Shown one piece after another: positions 8,473 to 17,429 of a stretch of DNA of 20,000 bases (the first letter of the stretch is position 1; every line of letters starts with the position of its first letter). Below the pieces are notes generated by a model. It made no database searches and had not been told where the DNA came from. It was given only the letters and a program-made list of their open reading frames with translations. This stretch comes from an uncultured virus (IMG/VR IMGVR_UViG_3300012984_000011) (Duplodnaviria; Heunggongvirae; Uroviricota; Caudoviricetes). The stretch lies in the IMG/VR virus record IMGVR_UViG_3300012984_000011. One strand, given 5' to 3'. Both the position numbers and the translations under genes were made by a program.

Positions 8473-9110
8473 CAGTTCTCGAAACTGCTCTTCTTCGCTC
8501 GAATCTGGTCGAAAATAGAGTCTCTGAGGACCCTGTCGATCACCAGATCGAGGTCTTGGCGATTCTGCCCGTACCAAGTGTTCAATTCGGCCACCGTACT
8601 GACGGCCGTCAAACCTTCCATCAGTCGACTAAAAACAGAGATCTGAGGCTCTCCACATGGTCTGGTGAAGGCGTCCGCTTGAACGGACCGCTCTTCAGCG
8701 GGGATGTTGGCCACCTGTTCGGCCACCTGGACCGACTTCTCGGCCATATCGAAGCAATCCATCAAGGCTTCGATGGCCTTCTCGGCGGTCGGTTTATCGC
8801 CTGCAAAGAGGGCGTTCATGGCGGTCAGATAGGTCTCACTACCAGCCAACAATAACTGAAGCTGGATGTCGTTCTTCAGGTTCGGAGTCTGCGCCTTCAA
8901 TAACTCCAGCATGTGGTTGGGGGTGTTGGCCTTCCTAAATGGTTCCAAGTCCACATCAGGGAACGCAAGTTTCAGGAAATCCTCGCCCTTGGGCTGGTGA
9001 ATCAACATGCCGATCACGGCATCACGGGCTTTGGTGAAGGCCTGTTCTCCTTGTTGCTCACGGATCTGGTTCAGCTGAGCTCTGACTTCTTCCACATGCA
9101 TTTTCGGCAT
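8472..9110 (-). CDS. hypothetical helical protein, 212 aa
   Basis: Long ORF coupled by TGATG overlaps on both sides. Confidence 0.75.
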   Translation of the reverse strand: MPKMHVEEVRAQLNQIREQQGEQAFTKARDAVIGMLIHQPKGEDFLKLAFPDVDLEPFRKANTPNHMLELLKAQTPNLKNDIQLQLLLAGSETYLTAMNALFAGDKPTAEKAIEALMDCFDMAEKSVQVAEQVANIPAEERSVQADAFTRPCGEPQISVFSRLMEGLTAVSTVAELNTWYGQNRQDLDLVIDRVLRDSIFDQIRAKKSSFEN

Positions 9111-9394
9111 CAGGTTTTCCTGGTTTGGCTCAACAAAGCCTGCTTGTATTGATCCGCCAACTGACTAGCTGTCAATACACCGCTGGCCTGTAGGTGTGCA
9201 TAAGCAATCCCACGCATCAAATCGGTAGCTGTGGCAGGATTCTGCATCACTTTCCAGCAAGTTTTGCAGTAAGGGTATTCCTCAAGAGGATTTGGCATCA
9301 CGGCCTTCTCCTCTGGGGTCAACACCACAATCTCACAAGCTGTACGATCACGCTCTCCAGAGCAGATCAGGCACCTAACTTTGGTTGATGGCAT
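9110..9394 (-). CDS. hypothetical zinc-finger protein, about 94 aa
   Basis: CLIC...YCKTC; start placed at MPSTK (9394). Confidence 0.7.
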   Translation of the reverse strand: MPSTKVRCLICSGERDRTACEIVVLTPEEKAVMPNPLEEYPYCKTCWKVMQNPATATDLMRGIAYAHLQASGVLTASQLADQYKQALLSQTRKT

Positions 9395-9989
9395 CCAAGT
9401 CCTTCCCGATCTCACGTTGGAGATCCTCAATGCTGATCTGATCTTTGACAATCCGCTCCCCATACAGCAATGCGGTTGAGAGCGGTAGTCGAACATGAGG
9501 TAGACTGTGTTGCCTCAATAAGCTAGATTCAGTCAAGCCCAAGGCTTCCAAAGCTTCTCGTTTGGGCGTCATATTGGGATTACCAGCCAATCGATGTGGG
9601 TCGCAATCTTCCGGGTCACCCGTAGAGAACGTTATCTTACAGGCGAAAGGGCGAGCGGGATAGATACTGCACAGTCCCCCATCCAACAACGGACAAGCGA
9701 TTCGGCTCATCAGCCAAACTGGCAGCGATAGACCGAACGTATGGTCAGAATGCTCCGAAAGTCGATTGCGAAGCTCGGTAGTCCACAGGTGTTGTTCGAC
9801 CAGCCAACCGTAAATATGCAGACCTTCAAGGATCGTCACCAATACGGGATGATAGCAGCAATTATGGCAGCCTTTGAGACAACTAGCTAGTGGCCGAACC
9901 TCAGTCTCCAGTTCAGAGGCCAATATCTGCGATTGCGCTCTGAATCGATCAATCGAGACTTCCACCGCTATGGGAAGCTGGCGTCTCAT
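9375..9989 (-). CDS. YkgJ-family cysteine-cluster (CxxxCxxCC) protein
   Basis: CLKGCHNCC...CPLL..GLCSIYPARPFAC signature. Confidence 0.88.
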   Translation of the reverse strand: MRRQLPIAVEVSIDRFRAQSQILASELETEVRPLASCLKGCHNCCYHPVLVTILEGLHIYGWLVEQHLWTTELRNRLSEHSDHTFGLSLPVWLMSRIACPLLDGGLCSIYPARPFACKITFSTGDPEDCDPHRLAGNPNMTPKREALEALGLTESSLLRQHSLPHVRLPLSTALLYGERIVKDQISIEDLQREIGKDLDAINQS

Positions 9990-10489
9990 TTGAGCCTGAA
10001 CAGACTGTCATCCATCAGTTGGTCGTAAACCGATTGTTGGGGCTTTGGTTCTTTGGCCTTCGCCCGAGCGGCTTTGCGCTTGAGCGTTCCAAAACCAGGG
10101 GTGATGGTGATCCGGCTGAACGAACCATCCTGATGGGTCGCCACCAAGATCTCACCCACTTTTAATCGCAAACGTGGATTGAAAAAGATGGCCCCGCCTG
10201 GACGTTGAAAATCGCTGGGAATCCAATCCACCATGGGGGTCAAGACAGTGCCGGCTCGTGTGATGCCTCTCAAAGGTCCGGCCTTGACCTTGATGGCGAT
10301 GCTGCAAAAGGGCCACTGCTCGGCTGGATTGCAAACTATCAACACCGTGCTGTTGTTTTCATCTAGATCGTCCGCCACCTCTTGCTTGGTGCCGTCAAAA
10401 CTGACCAGCTGACAGGTGCGGAATTCCCGATTACTGGTCTCCAGCTTCCAGTAACGGTCTTGATAGAAGAGAATGTCGCCTATTTTCAT
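9986..10489 (-). CDS. hypothetical protein, 167 aa
   Basis: Clean ORF with ATGA overlap to the YkgJ gene. Confidence 0.75.
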   Translation of the reverse strand: MKIGDILFYQDRYWKLETSNREFRTCQLVSFDGTKQEVADDLDENNSTVLIVCNPAEQWPFCSIAIKVKAGPLRGITRAGTVLTPMVDWIPSDFQRPGGAIFFNPRLRLKVGEILVATHQDGSFSRITITPGFGTLKRKAARAKAKEPKPQQSVYDQLMDDSLFRLK

Positions 10490-10490
10490 A

Positions 10491-10832
10491 TCATTCCAGA
10501 GTGGGGCGATAGCTTTTTAGAGACTCTTTCAACCACTTGGCGTCCACTTCGCCCTGAAACAGGCTCACCACCTCACGCTTGGCTTCGCGATAGGCTTGTT
10601 TAGCAGCGTATTCCAGCATCTCTTTAGATGTAGCAGAGGAGGTCCAACGCTCGCGAACATTTCGCCACGCCTGCTTGGCCTCCTCCTCTACACCTTCCTC
10701 AAGCGTCAAAACTGAGGACCAGTTGTTTTCCAACTCCTCTGCCATCAAAAGACGGCCTAGGTGAAGACGAAGACGGCTTTTGAGCAGCCGTCTAGCAGTC
10801 CAAATGGTTGTCTGAAATAGGAGATCGTCCAT
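10491..10832 (-). CDS. hypothetical protein, about 113 aa
   Basis: Fills the gap. The start is uncertain: ATG 10832 chosen because the ORF-track start at 10925 overlaps the upstream gene. Confidence 0.6.
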   Translation of the reverse strand: MDDLLFQTTIWTARRLLKSRLRLHLGRLLMAEELENNWSSVLTLEEGVEEEAKQAWRNVRERWTSSATSKEMLEYAAKQAYREAKREVVSLFQGEVDAKWLKESLKSYRPTLE

Positions 10833-10869
10833 CACCAAATGGTTGTCGAACGAAAGATCTCCAATTTGC

Positions 10870-11535
10870 TCAACCAGGGAACGGATTGGGGGCGACTTTC
10901 CCGTCCTGACCAATCCCCAAGGCATCTAGCTCTTCGTCCACAGCGGGGACACCAGCAGCCGAAACCTCTTCTTCTTCAGAGGATTCGGTCTGGCTAGTGT
11001 CCCCCTGGGCTTTTCCCTGGCGAGACACCTTCACCCCCTTGATGACTCGGTAATTCCCATGCGACACACGTTCGAACACGTCCCTGTGTGAACTGAGGAT
11101 GAAATTGATGTAGTTCTGCGGCTTCTCACTATCGGGCATCCAACCACGAGATGCCAGAGCATCCACCACTTCCTTTGCGGTCATCGTTTGACCGTGGCCA
11201 ATCACCGACGCTACCGCATCCACCACCTTGGGACGATTCCCATTCGCCACAGCCCTACGACCCCGAGCTACCGGACTATCGGTCGTTTGTGCCTTGGGCT
11301 TCGGACCTGGTTTGCCTTTGACGGCGGCCGTCACTTGAGGATTCTTTGGCTTTGGTCCAGGCTTGCCTCGAACGGTGAACTTGGGTGCTGGCCCACGACG
11401 CTTCGGAAGACCATTGCCCTCCGCCACCAAATTGTTCAAATCTGCCGCAATTGCTTGATTGATGGTGCGACGTGCTTGGGCAATATAACTGTCCAGTTCA
11501 CGCCCCACCTGAAGAAACACTTTCTCTAATGTCAT
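10870..11535 (-). CDS. basic nucleoid-associated/winged-helix DNA-binding protein
   Basis: Two GKPGPKPK repeats plus RRGP/RGRR, then a wHTH-like segment (MTAKEVVDALASRGW...NYINFILSS..VFERVSHGNYRV) and an acidic tail. GGAG lies upstream of ATG 11535; 11592 is an alternative start. Confidence 0.7.
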   Translation of the reverse strand: MTLEKVFLQVGRELDSYIAQARRTINQAIAADLNNLVAEGNGLPKRRGPAPKFTVRGKPGPKPKNPQVTAAVKGKPGPKPKAQTTDSPVARGRRAVANGNRPKVVDAVASVIGHGQTMTAKEVVDALASRGWMPDSEKPQNYINFILSSHRDVFERVSHGNYRVIKGVKVSRQGKAQGDTSQTESSEEEEVSAAGVPAVDEELDALGIGQDGKVAPNPFPG

Positions 11536-11603
11536 CTGTCGATTTCTCCGATTCTCATTTTCATTTGGGTGCAGGGGTCTTCCCAGCACCATTCTATCCC
11601 AAC

Positions 11604-11611
11604 TTACACCA
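11604..11611 (-). promoter_or_regulatory. TGGTGTAA upstream motif
   Basis: One of four identical octamers, each just upstream of a minus-strand gene. Confidence 0.65.
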
Positions 11612-11633
11612 CGAATCCAAAGATCGCAACCCC

Positions 11634-12161
11634 TCACCCCAATACTCGAAGCATTCTTGCTTGCTTGGGAGTCAGATCCCCTTCCTTGAAGTTCGTGTAA
11701 TAGCACAGACTTACCTGAACACAGGTTGCCACCACCCCAGGGCCAGCCCGCAACCCCTCACAAGAAGTGCAAGCCTTTGATCCAAAGTTCGAGTGAAAAC
11801 GAGCTTTGGCGGCCTCTTTTACTGCCGTGTAGGCCAGCTCAGCCAAGTCCCTCGACAACCTGAAAGCTTCTTCAGGCAGGCCTTGCTTGAAGGCCTCAAG
11901 CAAGGCCTCTTCTATTTTGGCTACGTCGTGGGGAGTGGAAATTCCCGCAATACGTCGTTTTCGCAAATGATTCCCAGGCTCCTCAACACTTGCTCGCTCC
12001 TGCCCTGGGGGATGGCGGTCTGCAACATCAAGGCTCTCCGATCCTGAACCGCCTGAGCTCTCGTCAGAGCTACCTGCATCAGCGTCTCCCATTCGAGCGG
12101 AGATGAGGGGGCGCGTCGGACGACTGGCTGGATCAACAATCTGGTTTTCATTGGTTTTCAC
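11634..12161 (-). CDS. hypothetical protein with C-terminal Cys cluster, 175 aa
   Basis: CTSC...C....C; GTGA overlap with the upstream gene; start uncertain. Confidence 0.65.
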   Translation of the reverse strand: MKTNENQIVDPASRPTRPLISARMGDADAGSSDESSGGSGSESLDVADRHPPGQERASVEEPGNHLRKRRIAGISTPHDVAKIEEALLEAFKQGLPEEAFRLSRDLAELAYTAVKEAAKARFHSNFGSKACTSCEGLRAGPGVVATCVQVSLCYYTNFKEGDLTPKQARMLRVLG

Positions 12162-12484
12162 TTGACCTCTGCTAGTTCCAATTTCAACTCCGGCATAACC
12201 ACGTCTTCCTCGGGGTCTTTGAGGAGAAGCACCCTGGCCTCCTGGTTATGCCTTGTCAGGATCTCCAACACTGCCCGATGGCGGGCCATTTCTACGGCGA
12301 CGTCCCTCACATCTTCTGAGGCGGTTAGGATCAGCTGATGGGTTTGTTTGATGACAGGACCCAGCTCGGTCAGTTGTCCCGCCGCCTCGATCGTCTTCAG
12401 AGAATCGAGTGCTCGCGACAATTGGTTGGAGGCCCGCATCAGATCAGGGCGATTTTTACGCTGAATTTTACGACCAAAACTCAT
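12158..12484 (-). CDS. hypothetical protein, 108 aa
   Basis: Clean ORF in a tightly packed operon. Confidence 0.7.
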   Translation of the reverse strand: MSFGRKIQRKNRPDLMRASNQLSRALDSLKTIEAAGQLTELGPVIKQTHQLILTASEDVRDVAVEMARHRAVLEILTRHNQEARVLLLKDPEEDVVMPELKLELAEVK

Positions 12485-12490
12485 CTGATT

Positions 12491-12922
12491 TCACTGAGCA
12501 AAGGGTGGCTGACCACGAAATATGGCGTAGAAAGGGATGGTGTTCTGATTCATTTCTTTCTGCAACACATCGCCATCATTAGTTTTTGGCAAATGTGGGA
12601 CAGTGGCAGCCAGTTCCAACAATCTGGGGTGAGAGGTCACTCTAACCAAATCGGCACGAGCCCGATCGTCCCGCTGCAACACATCGACGACTTGTTGTTC
12701 ACAGAGAGTATCAAGCAAACAGATCCCTCCCTGACCGTTGCTATCAACCGGACCTTCAACCCAAACGTTATTCTTGCGATCTCGATCGCAAGCCGTCGTC
12801 ATATAGGGTGGCAGGTCGGTTCCGTAGGTGACCGGAATACCCTCCAGTGTGCAGCCGCATGTATCGTGGAATTTCTCTTGACAAGATCCACTACAACTAC
12901 AGCCGCCATTTTCACACGCCAT
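12491..12922 (-). CDS. hypothetical protein with Cys-rich N-terminus, 143 aa
   Basis: MACENGGCSCSGSCQEKFHDTCGC; strong AAGGAGG RBS upstream. Confidence 0.8.
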   Translation of the reverse strand: MACENGGCSCSGSCQEKFHDTCGCTLEGIPVTYGTDLPPYMTTACDRDRKNNVWVEGPVDSNGQGGICLLDTLCEQQVVDVLQRDDRARADLVRVTSHPRLLELAATVPHLPKTNDGDVLQKEMNQNTIPFYAIFRGQPPFAQ

Positions 12923-13181
12923 CTTGATCCTCCTTCAGCCAATTGAGCCGATAAACCAAGACTTTATGAGAACCTATCGTGACTCGGCTGTACAGATGGG
13001 GTTTTTTCCGCAGCAATTCGTATGACAACTTGGGGGATTGTCCAACAGGCAAAGGATTGGCGGCCAACCAATCACCCACCTGTCTGCTGACCTGCTGTGC
13101 AAAACTGCCTGGATTGTCAACCAATACGGCCTGATCGGCCTCTTCTAAGCTGAAATCCTCCGAATCTTCTAGTTCAACCAT
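12912..13181 (-). CDS. hypothetical protein, 89 aa
   Basis: Overlaps its neighbours by 8-11 nt. Confidence 0.65.
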   Translation of the reverse strand: MVELEDSEDFSLEEADQAVLVDNPGSFAQQVSRQVGDWLAANPLPVGQSPKLSYELLRKKPHLYSRVTIGSHKVLVYRLNWLKEDQDGV

Positions 13182-14022
13182 CCCTAGATTGTATCACAGG
13201 TAAATTACGAGTGGTATTGTACTTCTTAGGTGCTTGACTCTTATCGGCGGCATAACAGTAGGTGCAGCCAAATCCACACGACTCATTGGCCGTGAAAGGG
13301 TCGACCGCCATCACACACCCACACCCCTCTGAGGGCGGCACCTCTCTGGAGGATAGGGCAAAGTCTTTCGGATCTGCACAAACTCCGGAGGTCAGGTTGG
13401 GGTATGGGTCTACCCCCTCAAGGAGACGATCCTCATTGCAGAGCCGAACCTCAATCCCATACATGCGGCCCAAAGCGGCCATCTGTTGCAACAACTCTAG
13501 CCGTTCGGCTGGAGTGCGGGTCTCTGGAACCAAATCGTTGGGCTGAAGAAACGACAGATAGACCGCATCCAAGCCGGCCGCACAGGCCGCTTGAGCAAGG
13601 ACTTGAAACCTCTCCAACACATCTGGAACGATCGGTACAGGAGAGAAACGCCACGTCACATTGGCGGCTCCAAATTCTTTGACCGTCTCTTTGAGCAGCA
13701 AAGCTGATTCCAACCTGTTAGGAGCCCCTTTCTCAACCTCTTCCCAGCCGGTCGCCGTCACATGAATCTTCACATTGTAAGGGGCAAGCAGGCCTCTAGA
13801 CAGGATCAGATTGGTCGGATCCTTGGTCCAGAAGATGAGCCCCAACGTGTCCTCAGGTTTGAGACTCCACTTCTGAGGGATGGAGGTCCGCTGATCGAAA
13901 GCCGTCATCCACCCTTGACTGAGCTGGATCAAGAACCAGTTCCATTTCGAAGCTGGAACATCAGTCCACCTGGACAAACTATAGGGGATCAGCTCGGCGG
14001 CGCCACTTTGGATAGGATTCAC
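13174..14022 (-). CDS. DUF1848-family radical-SAM-like protein
   Basis: SLSRWTDVPA..W, IFWTKDP, WRFSP, CGC...D....SCGFGCTYCYA, with the CxxxCxYC cluster motif at the C-terminus as in DUF1848. Confidence 0.82.
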   Translation of the reverse strand: MNPIQSGAAELIPYSLSRWTDVPASKWNWFLIQLSQGWMTAFDQRTSIPQKWSLKPEDTLGLIFWTKDPTNLILSRGLLAPYNVKIHVTATGWEEVEKGAPNRLESALLLKETVKEFGAANVTWRFSPVPIVPDVLERFQVLAQAACAAGLDAVYLSFLQPNDLVPETRTPAERLELLQQMAALGRMYGIEVRLCNEDRLLEGVDPYPNLTSGVCADPKDFALSSREVPPSEGCGCVMAVDPFTANESCGFGCTYCYAADKSQAPKKYNTTRNLPVIQSRDG

Positions 14023-14031
14023 CCCTAGATC

Positions 14032-14039
14032 TTACACCA
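14032..14039 (-). promoter_or_regulatory. TGGTGTAA upstream motif
   Basis: Intergenic, 9 nt before GTG 14022. Confidence 0.7.
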
Positions 14040-14043
14040 AAAC

Positions 14044-15420
14044 TCAATCCTTAGCTTTACGGGCCAATCCTGAAAGTTTGGTCGAAGCAGACTTGACCCA
14101 ACTCTCCAAATTCTTGGCCCAATCCTTCAATACAGCCACACTGTAGGTAATGACGTCCTGCCCTGTGGTTGGGTTGGTCGAAAAGTCAATGTCCGAGATC
14201 GCATAGGTGATGAGGGCTCGCCTGGGCAAGACCAGCAAATTCCTGGCCTCGTTCGCCACATCAGCAAGATCACGACTCTCCAGGTAGATCCCTTCAAGGT
14301 CAAAAGACACGTCTTCAAGGGTAGCCAGAGGTTTGCCTAGATCTTTGAAGAACTTGACCCAGAAGGTCTGAGCCACCCTACCGTCTCCAAAATCAGACTC
14401 GTGACGGGAAGCGATCAAGGTGCGGTCAAAGCCAGACAGGATGCCTTGCACCTCTTTGACGGTTTGAAGCGCTCTAGCGATAAGGCCTGGCAAATCAGAG
14501 GCTGTAGCGGTGGTCATTTTCCAGGCAGTTTTTTGCTTCTCATCTGAGGCTTCATCCAACGCCTCTACGATATCCTGCCCCTCGAAATCTTCCAACACAT
14601 CCGACAAGCTCTTCATCACCAGAGCAGCCAGCGCTTCCTCAGGGCTGAGCTCTTCCTCATCATCCTCGTCTTGTTCTGACGCCACCCTTTCCAGCATCTC
14701 TGCCAAACCATGGATCGCCTCATGGCTGATGTGGTGAAGCTCCCCAAAGAGATGCACCTTCTCCAGTGCTTTGGTGGCAGCCTTCATCGCTACCTTTTTG
14801 GCCATCGCCTTACCGACAAAAGCCGCCCCTGTGAAGACGCCGGTTGTCGACAGGGCAGCCGCAGTAGCGGTAATAGCCATGTGGATCGCCACCGTCTTGA
14901 CTGCTTTCTTCTGATGTGCGTCCAGCTTCTTGCCAGCAATCACATCCTTGATCGCCTTACCGGCCTCTTTGAATTCGTGAACCTCTTCCTTGGCAGTGTT
15001 GACCAAGTTTTTGGCGTAAGCCTTGGGACTTTTAAGGACCGACAAGGTGGCATCTTTCAGCACCTTCTTGCGGTGACCTTCATCTGCCACGAACTTCTGC
15101 ACAGCCGCTGGAGCTGAGGTGATCAGTGCTTTGGCCTTGTCAGACAAGCGATTGAAGACGTTCACCACCTTCTGCTTGTTCGATACCGCCACCTCTTCAT
15201 CGTCCTCATGGTGCTGGCCGTGCCCCTTTTCATCTTTGGGGCTACCACCCTTATCAGACTTTTCTTCCTCTTCCGCCTTACCCCCATCCTGGTCTTTCTT
15301 GACCTTGTGGTTCTTTGGGTTGGCGTGAGGATGGAGCTTCAGGTAATGCCCCATCTCCTTCTCGGAGGAGTGCTCCATAGAGAACCGGTACCTAGCTACC
15401 AATTGAGAAGGGTTGCGCAT
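14044..15420 (-). CDS. hypothetical 458-aa protein, probable virion-internal protein
   Basis: N-terminal QLVARYRFS motif, charged low-complexity linkers and a central Ala-rich hydrophobic stretch. Confidence 0.75.
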   Translation of the reverse strand: MRNPSQLVARYRFSMEHSSEKEMGHYLKLHPHANPKNHKVKKDQDGGKAEEEEKSDKGGSPKDEKGHGQHHEDDEEVAVSNKQKVVNVFNRLSDKAKALITSAPAAVQKFVADEGHRKKVLKDATLSVLKSPKAYAKNLVNTAKEEVHEFKEAGKAIKDVIAGKKLDAHQKKAVKTVAIHMAITATAAALSTTGVFTGAAFVGKAMAKKVAMKAATKALEKVHLFGELHHISHEAIHGLAEMLERVASEQDEDDEEELSPEEALAALVMKSLSDVLEDFEGQDIVEALDEASDEKQKTAWKMTTATASDLPGLIARALQTVKEVQGILSGFDRTLIASRHESDFGDGRVAQTFWVKFFKDLGKPLATLEDVSFDLEGIYLESRDLADVANEARNLLVLPRRALITYAISDIDFSTNPTTGQDVITYSVAVLKDWAKNLESWVKSASTKLSGLARKAKD

Positions 15421-15423
15421 GGG

Positions 15424-16143
15424 TCAGTGCCAGCTAGAGAAACGAGTGTCGTAGGGGATCTTATTCTTATCCAGCCAAGCGCCAAATTGGTCCCACGATA
15501 CGCTAGATAGTTGCTTGGGATCCTGCTTCAGCATCATGTAAAACTTGCGAGCAGCGGTCGGACTCTTGGAGACGTACTTGGTATAGTGCGGGTCTGCTTG
15601 CTGAAAATCAGAATCAGGGGAGAAAGACGCGAATTCCCCCCACTTCACCTTGACACTGAAATTCTTACCCTCAGCCACGAACTCGTCCACCCCTTCAGGG
15701 ATGACATTGAGGTAAAAGACGTCCTGACCATACCACTTGATCCCTTTGATCCAGTCGTTCTGCTCAAGGGCGGCCGTCTCTTTCTGATTCCTATGATCAG
15801 GAGATGCGGTGCGCTTGTACGCCTCATCGTAGGCTTCCAACAACTTCTTCTCAATGGCTTCGAAGTCGTCTGAAGAGGTCAGCTTGGCAAAGTGAAGGAT
15901 GTTCTCAGGGATCCACATATCGAAGGCTCCGTAACTAGACGGATTTTGCAAGGTCTTCGACTTGAGCTTCTTCTTACCCTTTTGCGGCAACTCCTCCAGG
16001 AACCACTGATGGCGGCCCCACTGAAGTCGGGCGTCCTTCCCCAAAAACTTGCCGTCATAGTCAGCTTGCTTGAATCGGAGCGCCACTCTGGAGGTCAAAG
16101 CAGCTTCTTTATGGCGACTGAGGATGCGTTTGGTAAGACTCAT
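15424..16143 (-). CDS. hypothetical 239-aa protein with two N-terminal copies of the recurring tag
   Basis: MSLTKRILSRHKEA-ALTSRVALRFKQA followed by an aromatic-rich globular domain. Confidence 0.75.
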   Translation of the reverse strand: MSLTKRILSRHKEAALTSRVALRFKQADYDGKFLGKDARLQWGRHQWFLEELPQKGKKKLKSKTLQNPSSYGAFDMWIPENILHFAKLTSSDDFEAIEKKLLEAYDEAYKRTASPDHRNQKETAALEQNDWIKGIKWYGQDVFYLNVIPEGVDEFVAEGKNFSVKVKWGEFASFSPDSDFQQADPHYTKYVSKSPTAARKFYMMLKQDPKQLSSVSWDQFGAWLDKNKIPYDTRFSSWH

Positions 16144-16179
16144 AGGTTCCCTGCTAGGGGAGACCCTATGAGTGGACTA

Positions 16180-17421
16180 TCAGCCTGCCTGGATGGCAAG
16201 AGGCTGCACTTCCAAAGGTTCCCGCAAAATGGCCGCCTCAGCCGTCCCCTCTACCGCTGCCTTGGTGATCATGATGCCTTTTACGGTAGGATCACTGGGG
16301 CATTCAAAAGCATAGGTTTTGAGGATCCGTTCAACGATAGTCCGCAACGCTCTCGCACCTGTCTGGCTCTTGATCGCTTTTTGGCCAATAGCTCGGAGCG
16401 CCTCATCATCAAAATGAAGATCGATACCGTCCATCTCAAACAAGGCTTTGACCTGTCGAATGATGGCGTCCTTGGGTTCAGTCAGAATCCTGACCATCTC
16501 ATCTTCCGTCAATGGGATGGTGGTAGTCCTGACAGGGATGCGGCCCAACATTTCAGGAATCAGGCCGAAATCCAGCAAATCTTCTTCCTCAATCGCTAGA
16601 TAGGCCTCTGCAGAGGTGTGCTGTTGGTGGGATTCCGAACCAAATCCCACCTTCACATGCTTATTCTTTCGACGGTTGACCGACTCCTCAATTCCAGCAA
16701 ACGATCCTGCACAAATGAACAGGATATTACTGGTATCGATCGTGTAGGTCTCGTTCCCCATACCATTGAGGCCACCTTTGGATAGCGTCAACTGTGTACC
16801 TTCCAGCAGCTTCAACAGTGCTTGCTGGACCGCCTCTCCTGAGATGTCTCGGTAACCAGCCGCTTCCCGACCACTCTTTCGAGCAATCTTGTCCACTTCA
16901 TCCAGGAAGATGATCCCCCACTCGGCCTTCTCAGGGTCATTGCCAGCTGCTGTTACGAGGCCTTCAACCAACGTTTCGACATCCTCACCCACATAGCCCG
17001 TCTGGGTCAATCGAGTGGCGTCTCCGACAAAGAATGGCACCTTCAGCAGTCTAGCTAGCGTGCGTGCCATCTGGGTTTTGCCGGTTCCGCTAGGACCCAG
17101 GATCAGGATGTTGCTCTTCTGAATCTCAACATCCTGCAACAACAAGCCTCGTTTAGCAGCGTCACGCCGCTTGTAGTGGTTGTAGACCGCTACTGACAGA
17201 TCTTGACGGGAGGCATCTTGCCCCACCACATAATCGCCCAAACGGGAGTAAATTGCTTTGGGTTTTAGAAGTAGCGGCTCTTCTTTAGGCTTCTGAGCCG
17301 CATTCATCAAGCCGGCGGCTGTGCCGAAACAACGATTGCAAATGCAAGGACCATCCTTGATCAGTTCGACGATTTGCTTGACTTCGTTCTCAGGCCGTTG
17401 GCAAAGATCGCAGCTTCTCAT
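16180..17421 (-). CDS. clpX: ATP-dependent Clp protease ATP-binding subunit ClpX
   Basis: C4 zinc finger (CDLC...CNRC), AVYNHYKR, KSNILILGPSGTGKT, GYVGEDVE, IIFLDEVDK, RDISGEAVQQALLK, VGF loop, GLIPEMLGR, TGARALR. Confidence 0.96.
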   Translation of the reverse strand: MRSCDLCQRPENEVKQIVELIKDGPCICNRCFGTAAGLMNAAQKPKEEPLLLKPKAIYSRLGDYVVGQDASRQDLSVAVYNHYKRRDAAKRGLLLQDVEIQKSNILILGPSGTGKTQMARTLARLLKVPFFVGDATRLTQTGYVGEDVETLVEGLVTAAGNDPEKAEWGIIFLDEVDKIARKSGREAAGYRDISGEAVQQALLKLLEGTQLTLSKGGLNGMGNETYTIDTSNILFICAGSFAGIEESVNRRKNKHVKVGFGSESHQQHTSAEAYLAIEEEDLLDFGLIPEMLGRIPVRTTTIPLTEDEMVRILTEPKDAIIRQVKALFEMDGIDLHFDDEALRAIGQKAIKSQTGARALRTIVERILKTYAFECPSDPTVKGIMITKAAVEGTAEAAILREPLEVQPLAIQAG

Positions 17422-17429
17422 AGGGGTCT

